From positions 18,196 through 82,195 of the forward strand of contig CAVTQJ010000007.1 in NCBI GenBank assembly GCA_963736825.1: DNA of 64,000 bases. The letters are read 5' to 3'. Source of the DNA: an uncultured Actinomycetota bacterium. Lineage in GTDB: Bacteria; Actinomycetota; Actinomycetes; Mycobacteriales; Mycobacteriaceae. The position numbers were made by a program, and so were the translations under genes. How positions within the stretch are numbered: position 1 is the first letter of the stretch; each line of letters opens with the position of its first letter. The notes under the pieces were generated by a model. That model did not search any database. It was not told the DNA's origin and saw nothing but the letters and a program-made list of their open reading frames with translations. Positions 38,501 through 47,910 of the stretch are shown one piece after another.

Positions 38501-39738
38501 ACGATGGCCGCCGCGACGCGCCGGTCGTTCTCGGGATGGGCGAACGCGTGCACCCACTGCCGTCGCGGCACACTGCCCGGCAGCGGAACTCGGCCGAGCA
38601 CGTGCGCGAGGCCCAGCACAAGCGGCAGCCGGATCAGCGGCTCGAGTTTGTGCACGTTGCGCACCGGGGTGCCGTCCGCATCGAGAAAGGCTTGCACCGC
38701 GTGTGCCAGAGGCGATCCCAGTCCACCGGCGTAACCGGCCGCCAGCAGCGCGACGCCGGTCAGCAGTATCGTCACCAACCGGCCGCGGGCGGGCATCGCC
38801 CGCATCGCCAGTCCCGCGAGCCCCGCCGCCGCGACGAGCGTGGTGGCCAGCACCGCAACCGTTCCGGTGACCAGCGACGCACCCGCGGTCGCGTTCGGCG
38901 CGACGAACGGAGTCCAGCTGTCGGTGCCGCGCAACACCTCGGTGAGCGAGGTCCATTGCGTTGTGACGCCGGAGGATTCGATGAAATCCAGAAACGGCGG
39001 GCTGACTCTGCCCAGCATCACCAGCGCCACCACCCACCAGGCGATGGCCAGCACCGCGCACCCGGCCCACCACGCGGTGAAGCGCAGCCACCGACGGTTG
39101 GGCCGGTGACAGGCCCACCAGATGAGCGCGGGCAGGCAGCCGGTCAGCGTCGCGACCGCATTGACCGCACCCATCAACGCCAACGCCAGCGCCGAGCGCG
39201 CGGCGGGCACCCGCACCCCACCGGTACCGCGCAGCGCCGTGACGACCGGCAGCATCACCCACGGCGCCAGCATCATCGGCAGCGTCTCCGACGAGATCGC
39301 CCCGATCGTGGTCAGCACCCGCGGGGACAGCGCGAAAGCCGCGGCCGCGATGACCCGCGAACCCGGCGACCCGATGTTCAGCGCCTCGGCCAACCGCAGC
39401 AGGCCCCAGAATCCGACCGTCAGCAGCAGCGCCCACCACAGCCGCTGGGTCACCCAGCCGGGCAGCCCGAGGACGTCGCCGAGCAGGAAGAAGGCGCCGT
39501 GCGGAAACAGGTAGCCGTAGGCCTGGTTCTGCGTCTGGCCGAACGGCAGTTCGCTGTTCCACAGGTTGAGGGCGCGGGCAAGGAAGCGAACGGGGTTGGC
39601 GGTCAGGTCGAGCTTGGTGTCCGGCGAGATCCGTCCCGGCGACTGCGCGAATGCCAGCGCCAGCGACAGGGCCGCGACCAGCCACAGCCAACGGCGGGAG
39701 GACGGCTCGGTACTAGCTTCTATCGCCGTACTCGACAC
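35488..39738 (-). CDS. aftD: Alpha-(1->3)-arabinofuranosyltransferase AftD (Rv0236c)
   Basis: 1416 aa. Motifs SPDTKLDL, GQTQNQAYGYLFP, DFIESS and VRDSIPL. Confidence 0.95.
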   Translation of the reverse strand: MSSTAIEASTEPSSRRWLWLVAALSLALAFAQSPGRISPDTKLDLTANPVRFLARALNLWNSELPFGQTQNQAYGYLFPHGAFFLLGDVLGLPGWVTQRLWWALLLTVGFWGLLRLAEALNIGSPGSRVIAAAAFALSPRVLTTIGAISSETLPMMLAPWVMLPVVTALRGTGGVRVPAARSALALALMGAVNAVATLTGCLPALIWWACHRPNRRWLRFTAWWAGCAVLAIAWWVVALVMLGRVSPPFLDFIESSGVTTQWTSLTEVLRGTDSWTPFVAPNATAGASLVTGTVAVLATTLVAAAGLAGLAMRAMPARGRLVTILLTGVALLAAGYAGGLGSPLAHAVQAFLDADGTPVRNVHKLEPLIRLPLVLGLAHVLGRVPLPGSVPRRQWVHAFAHPENDRRVAAAIVVLVALAAGTSLAWTGRLTPPGTFDAIPPYWHQAAAWLDEHNSGSPPGRVLVAPGAPFATQVWGSSHDEPLQVLGDSPWGVRDSIPLTPPQTIRALDSVQRLFAAGRPSAGLADTLVRQGISYVVVRNDLDPETSRSARPVLVHRAIAGSPGFSKVAEFGDRVGPGTLNGFITDSGLRPKYPAVEIYRVDTNPQPGAPYLADADAMARVDGGPEALLRLDERRRLLDRPPLGPMLLTADAQRAGLPTPVVTVTDTPLARETDYGRVDDHSSAVRAEGDARHTFNRVPDYPAGDTPAVLGGWTGGRVTVSSSAADSTALPNVAPATGPTAAIDSDSSTSWVSNALQSAVGQWLQVDFDHPVTNATITVTPSATAVGAQVRRVEISTTNGTSTLRFAEAGKPITAALPYGETPWVRITAVGTEDGSPGVQFGITDFTVTQYDASGFAHPIELRHTVSVPGPTANSAVAQWDLGSELLGRYGCADGPDGIHCAAAMALSPEEPVNMSRTLTVPDPITVSPTVWVRPRQGPTLADLISQPGTARATGDSDPVDVLGSAYAAADGDPRTAWTAPQRVVQYRTPPNLTLKLPAAHEVGGLRLTPSSSTLPAHPRLVAIDLGDGPQVRALTGDRAQTVALRPSVTDTVKVSILDWDDVIDRTALGFDQLKPPGLAEVAALDPQGRPIAAADDVANKARPVTLPCGRGPIIAVAGQFIQTAIDTTVGALRNGDPIAAKPCRTAPIALPAGRQELLISPGAAFVVDGIQLVGPLGRELPSAATQSVDVTGWSSDHREVGVAPSQVSRILVVPESINPGWTAHAGAGARLTPVTVNGWQQGWVVPAGTSGTIILSFASNAVYRAGIVGGLALLPILALLALVPARRPPPPADPARPWQPPPVVTALALLLVGAVISGVVGVVVMGAALGVRRLLRRRPRRYEAITVATSACGLILAGAVLSQNPWRSVDGYAGHSSSVQLLALISVAALAASVIVVECRNSIPSEEPSTPPTSA

Positions 39739-39886
39739 GGTTCAGCACGGCCGACGCCGGATCGCCTGCCTGCACGGCCGGCTTGGTGTCCTGCTGCACC
39801 ATCAGCGTGATTCCGAAGATGGCGGCCGCGCCAAGCAAAAGGCCGACAACGATGCTTGCCGCAGCGGGCACCAGAAACCGGTCCAT
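39713..39886 (-). CDS. Small DUF2613 protein (Rv0236A ortholog), 57 aa (not in the ORF track)
   Basis: MDRFLVPAAASIVVGLLLGAAAIFGITLMVQQDTKP...LNRVEYGDRS*. Confidence 0.88.
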   Translation of the reverse strand: MDRFLVPAAASIVVGLLLGAAAIFGITLMVQQDTKPAVQAGDPASAVLNRVEYGDRS

Positions 39887-39946
39887 GCGGCCAAACTAAC
39901 ACGCGGCCCATGTCTGCAGCGCAACGCGCCATGACAGCATGACCCC

Positions 39947-41113
39947 ATGTCCCTGCCCCGCGTACTCGGTGCGCTCGCGGCCATGACGGGCGTGTTGATG
40001 GCCTGCTCGCCCGCCGCCGAGAAGCCCGCCGCATCGCCGTCTGCCGGCCCGTCCAACACCGCGTCGAAGCAGCCGCTGCCCGGCACGCCCGCACCGCCTG
40101 CCTGCGGTGACGGGCCGGCGATGCTCGCGGCGATGTCCAGCCGCGACAAACTGGCCCAGCTGCTGATGGTCGGCGTCACCGGTGCGGACGACGCCCGCGC
40201 CGTCGTCGACGCCCAGCACGTCGGCGGCATCATGATCGGCAGCTGGACCGACCTGTCGATGATGGGCGCCCCGCTGGCGGACATCGCCGCGTCCGCGAGC
40301 CCGTTGCCCCTTGCGGTGAGCACCGACGAGGAGGGCGGCCGGGTGTCACGGCTGTCCGACTTGATCGGCGAGCAGCCGTCGCCGCGCGTGCTGGCGCAGA
40401 CCAAGACGCCCGCCGAGATCCACGACATCGCGTTTCAGCGCGGCCAGGCCATGCGCAAGCTCGGCGTCACCATCGACTTCGCGCCGGTCGTCGACGTCAC
40501 GACGGAATCCGACGACGAGGTGATCGGCGACCGCTCGTTCGGCTCGGACCCGGTGCAGGTCGTCGACTTCGCAGGCGCCTATGCCCAGGGTCTGCGTGAC
40601 GCCGGGGTGCTGCCGGTGCTCAAGCACTTCCCGGGGCACGGCCACGCATCCGGCGATTCCCACCAGGGCGGCGTGGTCACCCCGCCGCTGGCCGACCTGA
40701 ATGCCGACGACCTGGTGCCCTACCGGACGCTGACCACGCAGGCGCCGGTCGCGGTGATGGTCGGTCACATGCAGGTGCCCGGACTGACGGGCACCGACCC
40801 CGCCAGCCTCAGTCCGGCCGCCTATAAACTGTTGCGCTCCGGGGATTACGGCGGGCCGGGCTTCGGCGGCCTGGTGTTCAGCGACGACCTGTCCAGCATG
40901 GGTGCCATCAACCAGCGCTACGGCGTGGCCGACGCGGCGCTGCGCGCGCTGCAGGCCGGGGCCGACGTCGCGCTGTGGGTCACCACCGACGAGGTGCCTG
41001 CGGTGCTGGACCGGCTGGAAAAGGCCCTGGCGGCCGGTGAACTGACTCAGGCGCGGGTCGACGAGTCGGTGCTTCGGGTGGCCGGCCAGAAGGGCCCCAA
41101 TCCCCGGTGCTGA
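39947..41113 (+). CDS. lpqI: GH3 beta-N-acetylglucosaminidase lipoprotein (Rv0237)
   Basis: Lipobox LMAC, DEEGGRVSR, KHFPGHG...DSH and SDDL. Confidence 0.92.
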   Translation: MSLPRVLGALAAMTGVLMACSPAAEKPAASPSAGPSNTASKQPLPGTPAPPACGDGPAMLAAMSSRDKLAQLLMVGVTGADDARAVVDAQHVGGIMIGSWTDLSMMGAPLADIAASASPLPLAVSTDEEGGRVSRLSDLIGEQPSPRVLAQTKTPAEIHDIAFQRGQAMRKLGVTIDFAPVVDVTTESDDEVIGDRSFGSDPVQVVDFAGAYAQGLRDAGVLPVLKHFPGHGHASGDSHQGGVVTPPLADLNADDLVPYRTLTTQAPVAVMVGHMQVPGLTGTDPASLSPAAYKLLRSGDYGGPGFGGLVFSDDLSSMGAINQRYGVADAALRALQAGADVALWVTTDEVPAVLDRLEKALAAGELTQARVDESVLRVAGQKGPNPRC

Positions 41114-41172
41114 CGCTGATCGGCCATAGATTGCCTACCCTGAGGTGAACAGGCGTCACAGGAAGGCACTTC

Positions 41173-41811
41173 ATGGCAGGTGGTACGAAGCGGTTGCCGC
41201 GTGCCGTCCGCGAGCAGCAGATGCTCGACGCCGCCGTGCAGATGTTCTCGATCAACGGCTATCACGAGACGTCGATGGACGCCATCGCCGCCCAGGCCGA
41301 GATCTCCAAGCCGATGCTCTACCTCTACTACGGCTCCAAGGAGGAACTGTTCGGGGCCTGCCTGAACCGCGAACTCGGCCGGTTCGTCGAAACCGTGCGG
41401 GCCGAGATCGACTTCAGCCAGAGCCCGAAGGATCTGCTGCGCAACGCGGTGCTGTCGTTTCTGACCTACATCGACTCCAATCGGGCGTCGTGGATCGTGC
41501 TGTACACACAGGCCACCAGTTCCCAGGCGTTCGCGCACACCGTGCGCGAGGGTCGTGAGCGGATCATCGAGTTGGTGGCCCGGCTTCTGCAATCGGGCAC
41601 CCGCCACCCCGAGCCGGACGCCGACTTCGACATGATGGCGGTTGCGCTGGTGGGTGCGGGCGAGGCCGTCGCCAATCACGTCAGCGCCGGTGACGCCGAC
41701 GTCGACGAGGCCGCCGAACTGATGATCAACCTGTTCTGGCGCGGTCTCAAGGGCACGCCGAGCGATGCCGGCGGGCACGGCCGCAGCGAGGCGACCGCAA
41801 CGGCCGGCTAG
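41173..41811 (+). CDS. TetR-family regulator (Rv0238 ortholog)
   Basis: MAGGTKRLPRAVREQQMLDAA...ISKPMLYLYYGSK. Confidence 0.92.
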   Translation: MAGGTKRLPRAVREQQMLDAAVQMFSINGYHETSMDAIAAQAEISKPMLYLYYGSKEELFGACLNRELGRFVETVRAEIDFSQSPKDLLRNAVLSFLTYIDSNRASWIVLYTQATSSQAFAHTVREGRERIIELVARLLQSGTRHPEPDADFDMMAVALVGAGEAVANHVSAGDADVDEAAELMINLFWRGLKGTPSDAGGHGRSEATATAG

Positions 41812-42899
41812 ACCGCCCTGCCTTCGATGACGCTGATCGGACCGGCCGTCGGCACCACGCGCGTCATCTCAAAACCGGCCTGCTCGTAGAGCTTTCGATA
41901 CTCGTCGGCAGTCCGTTCGCGGGCGGCGACCTGTACGAGCATTTCCATGTCCGCCCATTTGCCGATGAACTCACGATCGTGGTTGGGAATCACGAACTCG
42001 ACAAGCAACAGCGTGCTGCCGGTGCGCGCCGCCGTGCGGACGTTGCGCAGGATCGTCGCCGCGTCGGCATCGGGCCAGTCGTGAATGACGTTCTTGAGCA
42101 CATAGGCGTCGCCGTCGGCTGGTACGGATTCCAGAAAGGAACCGCCCTCGACCCGGACGCGGTCCGCGACACCGTGTTTTGCCAGCAGTTCGGGTGCGCC
42201 GTCGACGACTTGAGGTAGGTCGTACAGCACGCCCCTGGCACCCGGCGTCGCCGCGACGATCGCGGCCAGCAGCCTGCCATGGCCGCCGCCGACGTCGACG
42301 ATGGTTCGGTACGGCGAGAAGTCATAGGCGGCGACTACGGGACCGACGGCGAACTCGGAGACGCTCGTCATGGCGTCATTGAAGATCGCGGCGAATTCGG
42401 GGTTCTGCTCCGCGAATTCCCATCCGGTCATGCCGCGCAGTTTCGGCGGTACCGCCTCGCCGGTTCGGACCGCGTCGGCCAATAAGCTCCAATGCTCGCG
42501 GTAGTGCGTGTTACCCACCATCCGGGCCATCCCGGCCATCGACATCGGTGCGTCCCATTGCAAGGTTTTGCCCAGTGCGTTGAGCGCGAACCGACCGTCG
42601 CGGCGGCGTTTGAAGATACCTTCGCTGATCAGCGCCCGCATCAGCCGGGCGAGTGCGTCGGGGTCGGCACCGACGCGGCTGGCCAGTTCCTCGGCGGTCA
42701 GCGGTCCGTCGGCCAGCGCATCGGCAACCTTCAGTTCGGCGGCCACGGAGATGCCTTGGACACGCCACGCCCAGAGGATCATCTCCAACATCGCGCCAAC
42801 CGGCGGCACGCTGCGCCGATGGACGCGGCCGATGACGTGACGGGCGCGTTCGAGGGCGCGGACGACTTTGGCGGGCGGCACTTTAGGGGCGGCGGTCAC
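41808..42899 (-). CDS. O-methyltransferase (dimerisation domain + methyltransferase_2)
   Basis: Motifs VDVGGGHG, YDLP, GGSF and KNVIHDW. Confidence 0.9.
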   Translation of the reverse strand: MTAAPKVPPAKVVRALERARHVIGRVHRRSVPPVGAMLEMILWAWRVQGISVAAELKVADALADGPLTAEELASRVGADPDALARLMRALISEGIFKRRRDGRFALNALGKTLQWDAPMSMAGMARMVGNTHYREHWSLLADAVRTGEAVPPKLRGMTGWEFAEQNPEFAAIFNDAMTSVSEFAVGPVVAAYDFSPYRTIVDVGGGHGRLLAAIVAATPGARGVLYDLPQVVDGAPELLAKHGVADRVRVEGGSFLESVPADGDAYVLKNVIHDWPDADAATILRNVRTAARTGSTLLLVEFVIPNHDREFIGKWADMEMLVQVAARERTADEYRKLYEQAGFEMTRVVPTAGPISVIEGRAV

Positions 42900-42920
42900 C
42901 GCTCGACTCTAGGACAGGCT

Positions 42921-43766
42921 CTAGGACAGGAAGGTGACGCTGCCCTTCAAATGCGGTTCGCCCTTTTTGAGGTCGCGCAGGTTCAGATCCCAGCCGTCGG
43001 AGACGCGTGCGACGTACAGCCCCGCGCTGGCGGGCAGCACCACCGGCTTGGCGAACCGCACCGAGTACTTGACCGCATCCGGGAACTGACCCTCGATGTT
43101 GGCCAATACCGCTGCCGCGCTGAACATTCCGTGCGCGATGACGGTCGGGAACCCGAACAACTTGGCGGCGACGGGGTTGGTGTGGATCGGGTTGTGGTCG
43201 CCGCCGACGGAGGCGTAGTGGCGAATCTGGCCCGGCGTGATGCGCAGCACCGCGTTGGGTGGCCCCAGCTTCGGCTGCTTCTCCGGCGGCGGCTTCGGCT
43301 CGTCGGACAGGCTTGTGCGCTGTTGGTGCAGAAACGTCGTGACCTGATGCCAGGCGTCCTCGTTGCCGACCTTGATGTCGGTCACGATGTCGACGAGCAG
43401 GCCCTTGCGGTGCTCGCGCAGGTTCTCCGCGTGCACCGCGACGCCGACGGTGTCGGTGACCGTGATCGGCCGGTACCGGGTGATGTGGTTCTCGATGTGC
43501 ACCGAACCCATTGCAGCGAACGGAAAGTCGAAGCCGGTGACCAGTGCCATCACCGTGGGGAACGTCAGCGCGAACGGATACGTCAACGGCACCGCGTCGT
43601 CGAACCGCAGCCCGGTCACGTGAGCATAAGCGGCGACATTGGCCGGGTCGATCGCCAGCTCGTCGAGGGTCAGCGTGCGGTCGGGCAGCGACTCGCCTCG
43701 GGGGACGAACGGCAGCGCCCCGGCCGCGGCGCGGATCAGGTTCTTCAGTCCAGACGGTTGCGTCAC
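42921..43766 (-). CDS. htdX: Double-hotdog hydroxyacyl-thioester dehydratase (Rv0241c)
   Basis: Motifs GDHNPIH and IAHGM, plus synteny. Confidence 0.92.
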   Translation of the reverse strand: MTQPSGLKNLIRAAAGALPFVPRGESLPDRTLTLDELAIDPANVAAYAHVTGLRFDDAVPLTYPFALTFPTVMALVTGFDFPFAAMGSVHIENHITRYRPITVTDTVGVAVHAENLREHRKGLLVDIVTDIKVGNEDAWHQVTTFLHQQRTSLSDEPKPPPEKQPKLGPPNAVLRITPGQIRHYASVGGDHNPIHTNPVAAKLFGFPTVIAHGMFSAAAVLANIEGQFPDAVKYSVRFAKPVVLPASAGLYVARVSDGWDLNLRDLKKGEPHLKGSVTFLS

Positions 43767-43774
43767 GGTCTCAC

Positions 43775-45127
43775 CTACGCCCCGAGCCAGGCCTGGCCGC
43801 AGACCCGAACGGTGTTGCCGGTCACCGCAACCGAGGCCGGACTGGCGAAGTAGGCGATGGTTTCGGCGACGTCGACCGGCTGGCCGCCCTGGTACAGCGA
43901 GTTCAGGCGACGGCCCACCTCACGGGTGGCCAGCGGGATCGCCTCGGTCATCTTCGTCTCGATGAAACCCGGCGCGACGGCGTTGACCGTGATGCCCTTC
44001 TCGCCGAGCTTGTCGGCCAGCGCATCGGTCAGGCCGATCATGCCGGCCTTGGTGGCCGCGTAGTTCGTCTGGCCGCGGTTGCCCGCGATGCCCGCCATCG
44101 ACGACAGCCCGACGACCCGGCCGCCCTCGCCGAGGGTGCCGTTGTCGACGAGGCCTTCGGTGAGTTGCAGTGGGGCAAGCAGATTGACGGCGACGACGGC
44201 GTCCCAGCGCGACTCGTCCATGTTGGCCATCAGCTTGTCGCGGGTGATGCCTGCGTTGTTGACCAGGATGTCGAGGCGGCCGTCGTAGTTGTCCCGCAGG
44301 TGCTGGGTGATCTGGTCGACGGCGTCGTCGGCAGTCACGTCGAGGGTCAGCGCGGTGCCGCCCACCTTGCTCGCGGTCACCCCCAGCGCTTCGTGAGCCG
44401 CTTCGACGTCGACGCAGACCACTTTCGCGCCGTCGCGGGCGAAGACCTCGGCGATCGTCGCGCCGATGCCGCGGGCGGCGCCCGTCACGACCGCGACCTT
44501 GCCGTCGAGCGGCTTGTCCCAGTCGGCGGGCGGTGACGCGTCGGCCGCACCGACGCGGAACACCTGACCGTCGACGTAGGCCGACTTCGCGGACAGGACG
44601 AAGCGCATCGTCGACTCGAGCCCTGTTGCGGCCGGCTTCGCCTCCGGCGACAGGTACACCAGCGACACCGTGGCGCCGCGCCGCATCTCTTTGGCCAGGG
44701 AGCGGGTGAAGCCCTCCAGCGCGCGCTGGGCGATCTGTTCGTGCGGGCTGCCCGCCTCGTCGGGTGTCGTGCCGACCACGACGACGCGGCCCGACGGCCC
44801 GATGTTGCGCAGCAGCGGCGTGAAGAAGTCGTAGAGCCCCTTCAGTCCGGCCGGCTCGGTGATGCCGGTCGCGTCGAACACGAGTCCGCCGAAGGAGTCG
44901 GCCCAGCGCCCGCCCAGGTTGTTGGACACCACGTCGTAGTCCTCGGCGAGCGCGGCGCGCAGCGGTTCGACGACGCGGCCGTCACCGCCGATGAGCAGGG
45001 AGCCCGCCAGCGGCGGATCGCCGGGGCGGTAACGGCGCAGCGTCTCCGGCTGGGGGATGCCCAGCTGCTTGGCGAGGAAGTTTCCCGGCGCCGAATGGAC
45101 GATTTGCGAGTACAAGTCGGAAGCCAT
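43775..45127 (-). CDS. fabG4: High-molecular-weight 3-oxoacyl reductase (Rv0242c)
   Basis: Motifs [16 protein letters not shown] and YAATK, with the N-terminal extension. Confidence 0.95.
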   Translation of the reverse strand: MASDLYSQIVHSAPGNFLAKQLGIPQPETLRRYRPGDPPLAGSLLIGGDGRVVEPLRAALAEDYDVVSNNLGGRWADSFGGLVFDATGITEPAGLKGLYDFFTPLLRNIGPSGRVVVVGTTPDEAGSPHEQIAQRALEGFTRSLAKEMRRGATVSLVYLSPEAKPAATGLESTMRFVLSAKSAYVDGQVFRVGAADASPPADWDKPLDGKVAVVTGAARGIGATIAEVFARDGAKVVCVDVEAAHEALGVTASKVGGTALTLDVTADDAVDQITQHLRDNYDGRLDILVNNAGITRDKLMANMDESRWDAVVAVNLLAPLQLTEGLVDNGTLGEGGRVVGLSSMAGIAGNRGQTNYAATKAGMIGLTDALADKLGEKGITVNAVAPGFIETKMTEAIPLATREVGRRLNSLYQGGQPVDVAETIAYFASPASVAVTGNTVRVCGQAWLGA

Positions 45128-45137
45128 GGCACCGAAC

Positions 45138-45151
45138 TTACTCCAGAGTAA
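45138..45151. promoter_or_regulatory. Palindrome TTACT-ccag-AGTAA between the divergent fabG4 and fadA2 genes; putative TetR (Rv0238-type) operator
   Basis: The same TTAC-N6-GTAA motif recurs upstream of fadE5 (twice) and, degenerate, upstream of the TetR gene. Confidence 0.6.
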
Positions 45152-45173
45152 TAAGGGTGCGTAGGATGGCCCC

Positions 45174-46475
45174 ATGGCCAACAGCACAACCCCCCGACGG
45201 GTCGCCGTCCTCGGCGGTAACCGCATCCCGTTCGCACGCTCCGACGGCGCCTACGCCAACGCCTCCAACCAGGACATGTTCACCGCCGCGCTCGGTGGGC
45301 TGATCGACCGCTTCGACCTGGCGGGCGAGACGCTGGGCGCGGTGATCGGCGGCGCGGTGCTCAAGCACAGCCGCGACTTCAACCTGATGCGCGAGTGCGT
45401 GCTCGGCAGCTCGCTGTCGTCCTACACACCCGCCTTCGACATCCAGCAGGCCTGCGGGACCGGTCTGCAGGCCACCATCGCGGCAGCCGACGGCATCGCG
45501 GCCGGACGATACGAGGTGGCGGCTGCCGGAGGCGTCGACACCGCGTCGGACGCGCCGATCGCCTTCGGCGACGATCTGCGCCGGGTGCTGCTGGGCCTGC
45601 GCCGGTCGAAGTCCAACGTCGACCGTCTCAAGCTGGTCGGCAAGCTGCCCGCCGCGCTCGGCGTCGAGATTCCGGTGAACAGCGAGCCGCGCACCGGCAT
45701 GTCGATGGGCGAGCATGCCGCGGTGACCGCCAAGGAAATGGGCATCAAGCGCGTCGACCAGGACGAGCTGGCCGCAGCCAGCCACAACAACATGGCCGCC
45801 GCCTACGATCGTGGCTTCTTCGACGACCTGGTCACCCCGTTCCTGGGGCTCTACCGCGACAACAACCTGCGCGCCGATTCCTCGGCGGAGAAGCTGGCCA
45901 AGCTCAAGCCGGTGTTCGGCGCCAAGGCCGGCGACGCGACCATGACGGCGGGCAACTCGACACCGCTGACCGACGGCGCGTCGGTGTCGCTGCTGGCCAC
46001 CGACGAGTGGGCCGAGGCGCACGGGCACCCGGTGCTGGCCTACTACGTCGACGGCGAGACCGCGGCGGTGGACTACGTCAACGGCAAGGACGGCCTGCTG
46101 ATGGCGCCGACCTACGCCGTGCCGCGTCTGCTGGCGCGAAACGGCCTGAGCCTGCAGGACTTCGATTTCTACGAGATCCACGAGGCGTTCGCCTCGGTGG
46201 TGTTGGCTCACCTGCAGGCGTGGGAGTCCGAGGAGTACTGCAAGGAGCGCCTCGGCTTGGATCAGGCACTGGGCCGCATCGACCGCTCGAAGCTGAACGT
46301 CAACGGCTCGTCGCTGGCGGCGGGCCACCCGTTCGCGGCCACCGGCGGGCGGATCGTGGCGCAGCTGGCCAAGCAGCTCGCCGAGAAGAAGCAGGAGACC
46401 GGCAAGCCCGTGCGCGGCCTGATCTCGATCTGCGCCGCAGGTGGACAGGGCGTCGCCGCTATTTTGGAGGCCTGA
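45174..46475 (+). CDS. fadA2: Acetyl-CoA acyltransferase (Rv0243)
   Basis: Motifs [19 protein letters not shown] and ICAAGGQG. Confidence 0.95.
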   Translation: MANSTTPRRVAVLGGNRIPFARSDGAYANASNQDMFTAALGGLIDRFDLAGETLGAVIGGAVLKHSRDFNLMRECVLGSSLSSYTPAFDIQQACGTGLQATIAAADGIAAGRYEVAAAGGVDTASDAPIAFGDDLRRVLLGLRRSKSNVDRLKLVGKLPAALGVEIPVNSEPRTGMSMGEHAAVTAKEMGIKRVDQDELAAASHNNMAAAYDRGFFDDLVTPFLGLYRDNNLRADSSAEKLAKLKPVFGAKAGDATMTAGNSTPLTDGASVSLLATDEWAEAHGHPVLAYYVDGETAAVDYVNGKDGLLMAPTYAVPRLLARNGLSLQDFDFYEIHEAFASVVLAHLQAWESEEYCKERLGLDQALGRIDRSKLNVNGSSLAAGHPFAATGGRIVAQLAKQLAEKKQETGKPVRGLISICAAGGQGVAAILEA

Positions 46476-46525
46476 CCGGGAGCTTTGACGGGGGTGTAAC
46501 GGCCCCGCCGCACCGGTCGATACAT

Positions 46526-46580
46526 CAGTAGCTCCGTGTTGTCGTCTGACCCCCCGACCCGACGGCAACACGGGGCATCT
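46526..46580 (+). ncRNA. F6-like small RNA (ncRv10243 homolog), 5' stem-loop
   Basis: Hairpin CTCCGTGTTGTCGTC / GACGGCAACACGGGG with a C-rich loop TGACCCCCCGACCC, directly downstream of fadA2. Sequence and position match F6 as recalled. Confidence 0.8.
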
Positions 46581-46725
46581 ACTTCGACGGGTCCAGTCCC
46601 CACGTTCCCAGCAGCACGAGGTATGCGACCGCCGCGGCGATGCGGAACGCGGGCAGCCCGGTGCCCATCACCGAGGCGAACCAATTGGGCCCGAAATTCT
46701 GCAGGCGCGCCAGTTCAGTGGTCAT
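46579..46725 (-). pseudogene. Collapsed TDT/SLAC1-family transporter remnant (48 codons)
   Basis: MTTELARLQNFGPNWFASVMGTG|LPAFRIAAAVAYLVLLGTW: the N-terminal TDT motif is joined to what looks like the last TM helix. Confidence 0.7.
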
Positions 46726-46764
46726 CGCCGATCATCGTGTCACGCGCGTGCTTCGATGGAGCTC

Positions 46765-47685
46765 ATGCGAATGAGCCTCAACCTGGTGAACGCCGTTGGT
46801 GGATCGCCGATCGATTCGACGGTGAACGCGTTGGCGAAAGTGCGCGACGAGGGCTTCCGCAGGGTGTGGATGGCTCAGATGCCATTCGACGGCGACCTGC
46901 TGACGGTTCTCGCGGTGGCCATGCGCGAAGTCGACGGGATCGAGGTGGGTTCCGCGGTGCTGCCGATCCAGAACCAGCATCCGATGCTGATGGCGCAGCG
47001 GGCGCTCACGCTGAACGTGGTCGCCGGCGGTCGCTTCGTTCTCGGCCTCGGCATGACGCATCAGGCGGTCACCGAGGGAATGTGGGGAATCCCCTACGAC
47101 AAGCCGGTTCGGCGCATGCGCGAATACCTCGATGCGCTGGAGCCCCTGCTCGCCGGGGAGGCGGTCAACTCGGTCGGTGAGACGGCGACGGCACGTGGGG
47201 CGCTGCAGATTCCCGGAGCGCCGACGCCGGATGTCTATCTCGCTGCGCTGGGACCACAGATGCTGAAGCTGGCGGGACGGCGTACATCGGGCACCTTGAC
47301 GTGGATGTGCGGTCCCAGAACGCTGGGCGACCACATCGGCCCGACGCTGCGCGCGGCGGCTGCTGAGGCAGGCCGGCCGGAGGGTGCGGTCCGGGTGGTG
47401 GCAGGCCTGCCGATCAGCGTCACCGACGACGTTGCAGGCGCGCGGGCGCAGGCAGCCGAACAGTTCGGGATGTATGGCACGCTGCCGTCCTACCGGGCGA
47501 TGCTGGACCGGGAGGGCTACCCGAACCCCGAGGACGCCGCGATCATCGGCGATGAGAAAACCGTGTCCGAACGGCTCGACGAGCTGGCTGCGCTCGGCGT
47601 CGACGAGGTCTCCGCGGTGGTCTTCGACGGGTCTGCCGAGGTGCGCGACCGCACCCGCGCGTTGCTGCTGTCGAAGGACTCCTGA
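46765..47685 (+). CDS. F420-dependent LLM-class oxidoreductase
   Basis: Motifs GSAVLPIQNQHP, GGRFVLGLG, YLAALGPQML and YGTLPSYRAML. Confidence 0.88.
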   Translation: MRMSLNLVNAVGGSPIDSTVNALAKVRDEGFRRVWMAQMPFDGDLLTVLAVAMREVDGIEVGSAVLPIQNQHPMLMAQRALTLNVVAGGRFVLGLGMTHQAVTEGMWGIPYDKPVRRMREYLDALEPLLAGEAVNSVGETATARGALQIPGAPTPDVYLAALGPQMLKLAGRRTSGTLTWMCGPRTLGDHIGPTLRAAAAEAGRPEGAVRVVAGLPISVTDDVAGARAQAAEQFGMYGTLPSYRAMLDREGYPNPEDAAIIGDEKTVSERLDELAALGVDEVSAVVFDGSAEVRDRTRALLLSKDS

Positions 47686-47737
47686 CGCGCGAAATTACCC
47701 CTGGTGTGACCGTGGTCGCAGGCGTAGTCTCGATCGC

Positions 47738-47846
47738 ACGACGGGTTCGGGAGTGACCTATCCAAAGAGTCGGCAATGAGGTGAAAGTCGACCGCGCGAG
47801 ACTAATGTGACGCACCTCGGATGTCCTCCCGAACCCGCCCTTTTTG
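47738..47846 (+). ncRNA. Candidate novel structured small RNA (about 108 nt)
   Basis: TAGTCT -10 at 47725-47730. Perfect 12-bp terminal stem (47742-47753 with 47826-47837), nested inner stems, then TTTTT. No convincing ORF. Confidence 0.45.
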
Positions 47847-47852
47847 TTCACG

Positions 47853-47889
47853 CAAAAGGCCCTCGGGGAAGAGTCCCGGGGACCTTTTG
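47853..47889. terminator. Bidirectional intrinsic terminator downstream of fadE5
   Basis: Hairpin CAAAAGGCCCTCGGGGA...TCCCGGGGACCTTTTG with A and T tracts on either side. Confidence 0.7.
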
Positions 47890-47910
47890 GTTCGAGGCGG
47901 CGCAGAAGGC

